Below are positions 1 to 9,233 of a stretch of 20,000 nucleotides of DNA, in pieces (position 1 is the first letter of the stretch; every line of letters begins with the position of its first letter). A program made the position numbers and the translations under genes. Under the pieces are notes generated by a model that did no database searches, was not told where the DNA came from, and was given only the letters and a program-made list of their open reading frames with translations. Source of the stretch: Chiloscyllium plagiosum. Its lineage: Eukaryota. The stretch is from the NCBI RefSeq assembly GCF_004010195.1, contig NC_057718.1, forward strand, positions 44,157,660 through 44,177,659. Direction: 5' to 3'.

Positions 1-1909
1 GTAAAAATGCTAAGATGCTAAAAGCCCAGAAAAGAACAAAATAAGATAGAAATCAAAAATAAAATATTAACACATTGTAGAAGTTAACAGAAAATGTTGA
101 AAATGCATGGAGATACATCACCATCTCAAATAGACTCATGAAAGTTGATAGTAAATCCATCACGATTACTTCAGTTTTGATGAAGATTTCTAGCTGAGGT
201 GTTAGTTACCTTTTTTTTTCAAATGCTAATAAATCTGCTGTCTCACTTCAACGTATTCTGTTCAAGAGTCAAAATCCAGGTTGCTGGAGATTTCTTGCGT
301 GGAATGGAGTAAAGGAAGAGTTGATAATCAATCACTTTTAAAAGCCAGGAGACAAAAAATTAGTGTGAGTCCTTTCCTAGATTCAGACTTGATGATGCAC
401 AAGCAACATATAGTAAAGGCAAGCCCAAGGTATGATGAATGTGCCTCAACAGGAAACTCACCTAAACACAAGACATTGCTGTCAGCTTCCCTGCCTCATG
501 ATCAGAAGGCCTCAGTCAAGTGCCAGGATGCAGGATTTGGAGAAAACAATTAGGAAAGGTGATCGCGACCAATTCTGACACAACAGGACGAGTTTTTCAT
601 TAAAATTACTCAGAGCTGGCAGGAGTAATATTACTGAACAAAACCACTGACTTACTCATCATCAACAAAATTCTCAATGGGGCACAGCAAATTTGCAGAC
701 CCCATCAGCCCTTGTGAAAAGGACTCCAAAAATTCAACACTTAGAAAGTTTTACAAAAAGCTGTTCCACCACTGAGTTGGTGTGTCCCCTGATAATCGAC
801 AGTCATAGTTTAGTCCTGTTGTAATGTATTTGCAACTTTTGCGCTATCCTATTTCATTTTATGCTCATCCTTTTTTCAAAAGTCCAATTTGCGAAAATTG
901 CATTCTTCAAAATGTATCCTGGTTTTATATTTGCATTATTACTGCCTTTACCAGATTGCCGGAATCACAAATGATAAAATTCTAACCCAACAGAAAACTC
1001 TGACATAAGTACTGAATATTCACTATTTTAAAGATCCACAGTATGTTGCAAGAGCTATAATTTCAGATCCAGTACTTATATTTGTGTGGTCAGAAACTCC
1101 TACTGTTGTGAATAAAGAATTGAGGGAAAAGCTTTGCTTTTTGTCAGAAAAGATTATATACACAGGAGGTTCCAGCAGAGATTTATAGGTATCTAAAATA
1201 CTGTAATATTTATTTCTTGTCATGTTTTCAATTTCTGTATTTAGAATGTATTTCTTAGGACAAGATGTAAGTATCTTTCATTGTGTTTGAAATATTTCTG
1301 TACCAGGAAACAAAACTCTAAATTCTCAAGGCCTAATTATGTACAAAGACCAAGTTGCCACTTTGCTGCATGTTACTGAACTGATACAAGTGCTCACTCA
1401 TCTTTTAGCATTTATTAATGTGGTTTGATGTAAAACTATTTGGGCTACCCTGCAGACAGTGCAACAATGGCATTATAATACATAAGACACGGTGCAAATC
1501 TGTATGTGGGGTTCAACAAAATGCCATATTCTTATTTTATTTGATATCTCTGTGGAAATTGTTGCCTGTTGTTAAAGTTATGTTTGGGGATTGAATCTTA
1601 TATTCTTTTGGCTAAATACAAAATGCATCTGGTTTTTTTGGAGGGATTTCCATTATTAGGCCTAGCAAGGTTTCTCACTGTATCTTACAAAACTTACCTC
1701 ATTAACTAACTACCCTTCCGTATAGCGTCGATCACATCCAATTCCGGCCCCATTTTATCTCGTGTTATTTCCAGAGAAACTCACCACTCACCAGATCTTC
1801 CCTGAAAAACTGGAACTCATGCCATCTTTAAAAGTCCTTGTACATGGTCAGTATGGATCTGCCTTGTATTTTCCTGATGGTTGTCCCGGTCTTGGCAGAC
1901 TTGTGAAAC

Positions 1910-2112
1910 TCGGCATCCCACTGTGTGTACAGTGTCCTGGAGCTCTGGCTGGACAGTTTGATGCAAAGTCAGGGCGTCATCTACCCTCAGGACCAGCAAT
2001 AGAGACCAACACACCAGACCATGCCAGCCTAATCCAAGGTTAGCACCCGGATCAGTGAAGTCTCAGCCATCTGGAGAAGTGCTCAGCTCTGTAGGATAAG
2101 GTCAATGTCCTT
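1910..2112 (+). pseudogene. Degenerate Myb/SANT-like (Myb_DNA-bind_5/MSANTD-type) DNA-binding domain, probable PIF/Harbinger transposon relic
   Basis: Manual translation SASHCVYSVLELWLDSLMQSQGVIYPQDQQ*RPTHQTMPA*SKVSTRISEVSAIWRSAQLCR../VNVL fits the pattern APRF..DLE.L...V......L.P......P......AW..VA..VSA.S...R...QCRKKxNDL of Harbinger Myb-like proteins; two stops and a frameshift. Confidence 0.65.
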
Positions 2113-2211
2113 TCCCACTCATGATTTGGAGATGCCGGTGTTGGACTGGGGTGTACAAAGTCAAAACTCACACAACACCAGGTTATAGTCTAACAGGTTT
2201 AATTGGAAGCA

Positions 2212-2246
2212 TACTAGCTTTCGGAGCGTTGCTCCTTCATCAGGTG
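2212..2246 (-). ncRNA. Minimal type I hammerhead ribozyme motif (PLE-type)
   Basis: Minus strand reads cac-CTGATGA-a-GGAGC-aac-GCTCC-GAAA-gc-TA-gta: intact CUGAUGA and GAAA core, perfect 5-bp stem II, palindromic AGCT in place of stem III. Confidence 0.75.
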
Positions 2247-2297
2247 ATAGTGCAGGGCTCAATCCTATCTGTGTGTTAGGATTGAGCCTTCCACTAT

Positions 2298-2332
2298 CAT
2301 CTGATGAAGGAGCGACACTCTGAAAGCTAGTG
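2298..2332 (+). ncRNA. Minimal type I hammerhead ribozyme motif (PLE-type)
   Basis: cat-CTGATGA-a-GGAG-cgaca-CTCT-GAAA-gc-TA-gtg: core intact; stem I cat/gtg and stem II each contain a G-U pair. Confidence 0.7.
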
Positions 2333-3814
2333 TGCTTCCAATTAAACCTGTTGGACTATAACCTGGTGTTGTGTGATTTTTGACTTTCCCACTCAGCCAG
2401 TGTAAGTGCTACCACCTTCTTTCTGATACCTCACACTTTAAACCTGCTACTGTACCCATTTGCCCGAAAGGTTCATGCTCTACCACTCTCAATAATGACA
2501 GCAACATTTTCTCTCCCACCACAAACCCTGGCACCACTAACCCTTCATGCCCACTGTGCTGCCTGATCTCTGACTCATGACACCACTCCACCTGCACTAA
2601 CCGTAACAGCTGTACCGCACACTTACATCTCCCTTATTACCTGTGTCTCTCCCAATAAAGGAGGAAAGATCTGTCTAGTATAGCAGTTGGGTAATGGACT
2701 GCCTGACATTCAACTCCTCACCCCAATATGGAGAGCTTCCTGTCTCTGACTGTCCTGAATGACTGACTGGACTAGTATCGGAGGCTGCCCTTGACTTATT
2801 GTGCTGGGATCTCCTGAGAGGAAGCTTCCTTTGTGTCTGTGCTAAATAGCAAGACAAGACAGAACCAATATGGGCCTCATACCTCTGGCTGAGTGGCAAC
2901 ATCCTAAGAAGGCAATGCTAGGCAGGGATGCTATGGGCATCTGGGTAGGATCTGAGTGAGAGAATGCTATAACATTGAACAAAAGCCTGTAGATGTAGCC
3001 TGGTCCAGTCCATGAGCTGATGTAGTGTCCCTGAGCAGACAGTATCCATACTGAGCATTACATTGCTAGTTGCTGGTACAGCCCAAGTTGCAGCATTGAA
3101 TTGCTGAAACATCCTGCAAGTGGATTGGAGATGTGCCATGCAGGTTAATAGAGGGTGGCACATATCTGATGCCAGTGCCCATGAAGATTGGGTGTATATG
3201 GTCTGTACTCATGAAGCTTATCCTGAGATCTTGCTGCTTAGTGTTCAACATGGTGTTTGTTCAGACCAAATAGTGAAATGTGCTCACCAGGTACCTGCTC
3301 TAGTTTCCATCTTGAATTTTCTCGACATTAAGCATGTTTGGAGAGATGGAAAGCTGAATATTAATGGGGCTACTTGGGTCATGAACAAGGTGTTTAACAA
3401 ACAATATTGCCCCTTAACTGGCAACTCGCTGCTATTTAGCAAGAAACTCCATAACATCATATCTACCCACCTTACCTACTTAGCTGCTACTCAACTGCTG
3501 CTCATCTATCATCCTCCTCCTTCACCCATTTACCTACCATTCTACTTCTTCAACCACCTGCCACCCTAAATACCTCATCCAGCCACCAGTCCAAATCCAT
3601 CTCTTGGTTTCTTACAAGTCTTAGATATTTCAGGCATGGCATAATAGACTAAATCAATTGAGGAGTAGCATACCCTTACTTAACCCCTTCACCCAACTAC
3701 TTGCCACCCTGCTACCTCATCCACTTACCAAATAGCCCATCTGCTCAGGAAGTTACTGTGAGCACTCACCATTTCTCTGTAGATTGTTACATTTTTCCAG
3801 TTAAATAAAGGGCT

Positions 3815-4300
3815 GTAGTGCTGTTTCTACATTGCCGTGGAAGGCTCTGAGAATGGGTACACTCCACACGTCTCAAGAGATCTGATTTAGATATCTAAGC
3901 CAGAAATGCTGAACTCCTGGGCACAGTAACAGACACAAAGTGGAATAGCAACCAGATAGTGGTTGCCACTCTTCGGTAGATTTAGTCAATTATGTCATTC
4001 CTAAAATACCTTAAATCTGTAAGGCATGAAGAGATGGGCTTGAACTGAATTTTCAAATACCAGTAGGGTTATGAATGTGGTTGTGAAGTAAATAAATAGT
4101 TTCTTTACTGCAACTTCAAATTTGCAAAGGCTTCTCAATACCATGCTATTTTTGTCTGGCATTTTCATGATTAAGGAAGGCCTTGTGTAGCATACACTCC
4201 TTCTGAATGGCGAAATTGGCATTGTCAGTGCCATAGGAAATGTGAATGTCCTTCTCTGCATTAATTTTGTGTGCTGGTGAGTTTTGGAACATCTAACCTA
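3815..4300. repeat. Old unclassified interspersed-repeat relic (possibly DNA-transposon derived)
   Basis: Resembles, from recollection only, sequence recurrent in shark non-coding DNA (e.g. ATTAAGGAAGGCCTTGTGTAGCATACACTCCTTCTG); no recognisable protein motif in any frame. Confidence 0.3.
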
Positions 4301-5019
4301 AATCCACCAGGTTCAAAGTTTGTAACCATTGGGAAAAACTGAAACTGAGTAGTCTGAAAGAATCTTATAGATAAGTGTTAAATGTTTTGACAGCTTCAGG
4401 TGTCAGTATTATATATTGTGCTGTAACATAGATGTGTTTTTAATGTAATGATTAATCATAGGGCTGTGTCCTGCCAAGTAAGTTGATCATTGTATTGACC
4501 ACCATTGTGTAACAGTTGACATACAAGACAGTACTTCTACATTTTGTGAAAGTGCCATAACGCATTCAAACTGTGGAAAAATCTATTGAAAAGTGCAGGG
4601 ATTTAAATATCCAGAAATCTTTTTCACAAAGTAACTCGAAGCTAATATAAAATTATAATGCCATGAATGCAAGACACTTAATATAAGAACAATTCTAGAA
4701 AAATTCTAGATATTTGGCTAAATCTGCAAAGTTCACTTTTTGAGTAGAAGATAAAATGTTTTATACAGTTGAAAGTGGAAGGGGTACATAGGAAAATAGG
4801 GGATGCTCAGAATAGAGTGGAGGGTGGGAGAATTTAACTATCAAAGGTGTCATGGAACACAACACAAAGGATGTGGTAGTGTTTTCAATGAAGAAGCAAA
4901 ACATTTTTGGTGTAGGTGATAATAGCAGAATAAAGAGTATCTTTGTTTGAAAGTGAAAACATGGAAATGACACAGCCTCACGCTTGACAAAAGAAAAGAA
5001 TCAAACCAGGGTACAGAGC

Positions 5020-5300
5020 TCATGGTATGAAATGTTGAACTTTATGTTGAGGCCAGAAAGCTATAAAGTGGTTATTCTTAAGCATGCATTGACCTTTGAT
5101 GCACCATTGTAGAAGGCTGAAGACAGAAAGTAAGCATGAGACTAATGTGATGAATGAAATAGCAAGCCTCCTGAAGGTCAGGATTATGATTCCGGTCTGA
5201 GCGGAAACATTTTGCTGAACAGATACTCAGTCTGCTTTTGGTCAGCCCAATGTACAGGAGACCACATTGTGAGTGACAGCGATCACAGTATACCAAATTA
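5020..5300 (-). mobile_element. Penelope-like element fragment, GIY-YIG endonuclease region
   Basis: ORF 5078..5296(-) VYCDRCHSQCGLLYIGLTKSRL...RNHNPDLQEACYF matches the PLE endonuclease pattern VY.I.C..CGLLYIGET.R.L..RF.EH......P...VA.HF. Confidence 0.8.
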
Positions 5301-5483
5301 AAATAAGTAAATCACCAAAATAAATCTAAGCACTTACTCTGGTCCATCGATTGACAAATAACCTGTTTTGAAATGGAAATTAAGAATTACCTGAAGGTTT
5401 GAAAGGGTCATCTGGTTTACTAATTTCTATGTTTACATTCCATTTTTTGTTTTAATATTATGACTACTTAACTGATTATTATC

Positions 5484-5586
5484 CCAGAAAGAAAAAGGGT
5501 CACTGAAGCTGAAATGTCAACTCTGTTTTCCCTCCACAGATCCTGCCAAAACTGCTGAGTTTCTCCAGCAATTTTTGGTTTTGTTT
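5484..5586 (+). mobile_element. PLE-derived terminal-repeat fragment with decayed hammerhead
   Basis: AAGGGTCACTGAAGCTGAAATGTCAACTCTGTTTTCCCTCCACAGATCCTGCCAAAACTGCTGAGTTTCTCCAGCAATTTTTG is similar to 13690-13775(+) and to the reverse complement of 11270-11359. Confidence 0.65.
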
Positions 5587-6250
5587 AAGGTGATGTGTGT
5601 GCATTTTTGAGAGGTTATTAAATAGTTTTTTTTATGCGATAGGTGGGCATGTTTTACAAAAATTAGCCACTTGTGTAATTTTTACAATTTTTGAATGCCT
5701 GCATGAATAAGAATTTTATTATGTCGAGTGTCTTCAATTATGACACTATCTTAGATTGTACACAGCCTGCTTTTTTCTATATATCTATTTCAAAGACATG
5801 GTGATGTCTGCCCAGGTGAGTGGCTTTCAAGGATATATGGGGGGGGGGGCATGAGGGGACATGGGAGTATGAAGGAACATAGAAAGGCTTGACAAAATGA
5901 GGGGGCATGGAGGGTATGAGGGATATAATGGGTCATGGATATGGCATAGAGGCTTTAAGAGGATGTGGATGGGCTGTGGTTGTAGGTGAGGGTAAGGGGC
6001 AAGAGCTAGGATCTATATGAACAAATTGAAGAGCTGAATTGATATCTTAGGTTTTCTAACCAGATAGCCTGATTCCCTGAACTTCTTTGACACCAGTGCA
6101 GAACTGAGTACACTTAAACTCTGCCCATTCTCACCTACAGGAGATAGAAGTCTGGTGGCTATGGGCAGGGGTAGAAGACTCAAGTTTCCAAACACAGGAA
6201 ATGACACAGGAAATTTCTTGAATGCAGCACAAATAACCAGTTCCATTTAT

Positions 6251-6283
6251 CTGCTGGAGAAGCTCAGCAGATCAAGAAGGATG
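6251..6283. mobile_element. Left part of a PLE-derived palindromic element split by the provirus
   Basis: GCTGGAGAAGCTCAGCAGATCAAGAAGGATGTG aligns to the reverse complement of 13727-13760 (CACAGATGCTGCCAGACCTGCTGAGTTTCTACAAC) and to 11283-11317. Confidence 0.55.
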
Positions 6284-7058
6284 TGTCATATTCAAGTGAC
6301 CATGGGCCCGTTTGGATATTCTAAATGGACCCACAGTTGGAGAAATCAGACATGACAGAAAATTGGACAAATTAACCAGCAGCTATCAGCTACAAAGAAC
6401 AATGGAAATCAAAATCAAAAATGTTATGGAGGTTCATCGGGAAACAATTACAATAAACCCGAGGGTTGTGTATTGGAGAAGCATTGATTAGACATTCTGA
6501 TATCTTTGCTGCCTGAGAATGTGCACTTTGTACCTCGTGGCATAGCAATAGTGAAGGGTATTGGCAGGACCCCATTGGATGATTTGACCCCAGCTCATCA
6601 CCCCATTGACCAAAGGCCACAGAACATTTCAGAAGGTCAGGGGTGAACAGGAATAAGAACGCACAACTTGATGTCACCCCCTCAGTGAAGGCTTACAGCA
6701 GAAGGCCACGCAGAAACCGAAGAAGACCCAGGATAAGATCCTCCCTGATCTGTGAGACCCACCTTCATGGAAGAGAGCCATCCCTACATCAGAGAGGGAA
6801 AGAGACTTCAACAGCTCAGCTCAAGGATCATGGCAGGTAAAAGCCTCTCCTCAGCCTGATAATGCTAGATAAAGATTAAATATTGTGGGAATTTGGAAAA
6901 TACTCCCATAGTGTTTTTACAAAGGAATATTTTGTTCGTAAAATCAAGTTGAATTGCAAACCAAAGTTTCAGTCTTTTTGTCCACCTCACCAACAACAGC
7001 ACTTGGGTAAAGTGTTATTAATACATAAACTGGTCAAAGTGTCCAAAGCACAGATACA
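6284..7058 (+). repeat. 5' LTR
   Basis: Begins TGTCAT, ends ..CACAGATACA; colinear with 11463-11549 plus 12910-13646, e.g. the shared CCCGAGGGTTGTGTATTGGAGAA and TAATACATAAAC.GGTCAAA blocks. An ungapped block 6568-6647 vs 13107-13186 has 16 mismatches in 80 nt. Confidence 0.88.
6568..6665 (+). promoter_or_regulatory. Putative U3 promoter: two inverted CCAAT-like boxes followed by a degenerate TATA-like element
   Basis: CCCATTGG at about 6571 and CCCATTGA at about 6602 (both CCCATTGG in the 3' LTR); AATAAGAA at about 6652 corresponds to TCTAAGAG in the 3' LTR, giving an inferred ancestral TATAAGA. Confidence 0.4.
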
Positions 7059-7565
7059 ATGTTATCTCTGGATGATCTTCAACTAGAAGTGTCTGTATAA
7101 CCTCCAAAGTCGAACAAACACCACCCACCTTTCTATCTGACCTCTCAGACATCCAGCCTGAGCCCAAAAGAAGAGGGTAAATGCCTATATGATGGCCAGG
7201 ATTCAAAAGGTTGAAAGAGGATGAAGGTTTCTGACCAGTGATTTGATCATTAACCAAGTGCTTGTAATGTGAGGGGGAAAACACAGTTAGAGTTTGTACA
7301 GAATCAGAACCCACAGAAAAGGAAATCTAGCATAGGCTAGTGCAGGTCAGGGATTTTGTGCAATGAACAGAGGCAAGGAGCCAAACAAAGGATCAGAGGA
7401 CGAACAAGGTGGCAAGATGCCAGATATTGGAGACAAGGACTCACAAGGATACAGAAAAGTTAGAGTAGGTCTAGGTCCCAGAGCTGTAGAGAAGCACAAA
7501 GGAAGCTAATATAGGGGCAGGAACCCATGAGAGAGAAAGCGAAATTGAGAGAGAGAGAGCAGTAA

Positions 7566-9233
7566 ATTATAAGAAAACATACATAAGAAGTTCCCAGGTG
7601 GGTCAACTATTGCAGTGAGCAAATATTTGGTCCAAGATCCATAGGACACAGATGCTGGGAGACTCCAGAAAGCTGAAGAGAAGCACACTGTGTGAACATC
7701 AGCAAGGTTTCAGCAATAACCATCTACATGGGAGCTACAGAAGTGAAGCTGAATGAAATGAAACAAGAGCTGGAACCAGTAAGAGTCAAAGCAGCAAAGC
7801 AGGAGCAGAGGAACCATGAGAATGTGGTACACTTGGGATAGATTTTGACCCAGTGTGATAGACTGTACCAGGAGGAGTAGCGCTTGGTCAGTGATCAGGA
7901 CATAGCCCAGAAGCTATGAATGAGCTGACCAAGAAAGTAAAAACCCATCGATTGTGCTCAGAGTCCTGCACCAGGCAGGCAAAGAAAACAGACCCCCATA
8001 CTGTGGACTCTACAAAATGTCAGTGCAAGATTGAAAAATTAAAGTTCAAACATTCCATGCATTTAGGACAATAGAATCAGTTGGGAACAGCAATTATGGG
8101 TTAGACTGGGAGGAAATGGAAGACCAAGTTTTTTGATACGCCAAGAGTAGCGAAGATTGGGAATCTGTTCCTCCTTTTCCAGAGGGAGTAAATCTTCAGC
8201 AACTCCAGGTTCTTACCCTGGCCTGAAGAACCAACTGATCACAACCTATCAGCATGCCCAGAGTAATAATCCAATCACTTATACAGCCCCCGTTTTCAGT
8301 GGCATAATTGGTGGAGAGAGCAAAATAATCCCGTTTCTGAACCCACTGCTGACAACGTATGTTTAACCCACCAACAAAGGGTTCTCCATGGGCTCGATAG
8401 TGTCAAGGAGATAAAATTAATGTTAATGTACCTGAACCCCCATGATCCATTCTGCCTTCCACAATCCTTAGCATATGAGAGGACAGGAGCTGCAGTCCAT
8501 GACAACAGCAATCCTAGCCACTGTACAGTACAATTGGGGAAATGCTGTGGATGGATTAAATCAGCATAGGCAGCAGAAGGAGCAGCACCTAATTGTATTT
8601 GTCAAGAACCTGTAGAACAATTCACGGGAGTCTTCAGTAACTGAGATTGAATTAGGCTGACACCACAAAACAGGGTAAATTGGAACCAAATGCTTGTCTC
8701 ACACACCACTGAGAGCACGAGGAAAGCCTGCAAAACCTTTGATCCCACAGACAACATCCAGACAAAATAATAGGTGATAAGGAAGATAACCCAAGCCTGG
8801 GAGAAAGATTCATGAATCAGAACACCCCAAATCAGGCCAAGGGAAAAATGCACCCAATAAAAGCTCCAAACCCCAGTCCTGTGTGCAGGAATGAAGGGAG
8901 AAACAAGGGGTGTTATTATCACAGCCATCCACCTGTATACACCCATCCTGCAGAAAGAGGTAGGGATTGCCAATAGGAGGTCTGAGGCAGTAGCAGCTAC
9001 CACAAGAGAAATGCTACAATTGTGGGCACACAGAGCACTTCTAAGGGACTCCAGGGTACCTAGGGCAGTTAGTGCAGGAGCCAGGCTTCAGACCCCAGTT
9101 CATGCCAGTGGAAGAACCAGAAAGAAAACCAGCAGGTAGTTTGGTGAGGAAGATCATGCAGCCAAATTCAGAGGAGGAAACCCTGCTGTCTAAAACCTTA
9201 TACCTCTGGTTGGATCCATTCCCCAAAGCATGA
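7566..9233 (+). pseudogene. gag: Decayed gag (many stops and frameshifts)
   Basis: E/K/Q-rich helical segment at about 7735-7950; capsid-like QQRVLHGLDSVKEIKLMLMYLNP and NAVDGLNQHRQQKEQHLIVFVKNL (8541-8612, MHR-like Q...E....F...L); zinc knuckle CYNCGHTEHF-/RDS at 9012-9052; ends KTLYLWLDPFPKA-TGA (9231-9233). Start position approximate. Confidence 0.75.

Larger units (their letters stand above)
2122..2383. mobile_element. Short palindromic Penelope-like-element (PLE)-derived insertion with 12-bp target-site duplication
   Basis: Inverted arms 2157-2267 and 2277-2387 (about 111 bp, 9-nt loop); direct repeat CTTTCCCACTCA at 2110-2121 and 2384-2395; each arm carries a hammerhead core typical of PLE terminal repeats. 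Confidence 0.85.

Noticed and set aside
60..745. Possible very old PLE palindrome (85-262) and MITE-like element (265-742)
   Set aside because: Too degraded to define termini or TSDs by eye.
3120..3569. 149-aa ORF, the longest on the + strand
   Set aside because: Non-ATG start, no motif, runs into low-complexity C-rich sequence; consistent with a chance ORF in decayed repeat DNA.
4001..4297. Open minus-strand frame bounded by AG and GT, resembling a coding exon
   Set aside because: No recognisable protein similarity, weak acceptor, and the sequence looks like an old interspersed repeat.
5835..6000. G-run and GGCATG-rich purine tract as a G-quadruplex or regulatory element
   Set aside because: Degenerate low-complexity tract, probably part of a decayed repeat; no supporting context.
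7059..7210. Primer-binding site candidates (TGGATGATC at 7069, TGATGGCCAGGATTC near 7190)
   Set aside because: Neither sits directly after the LTR end nor matches an 18-nt tRNA 3' complement that I can identify.
8602..9003. Hydrophobic 133-aa minus-strand ORF as a possible retroviral antisense membrane protein
   Set aside because: It is antisense to A-rich gag, which automatically yields F/L/V/I-rich peptides; non-ATG start and no evidence of selection.
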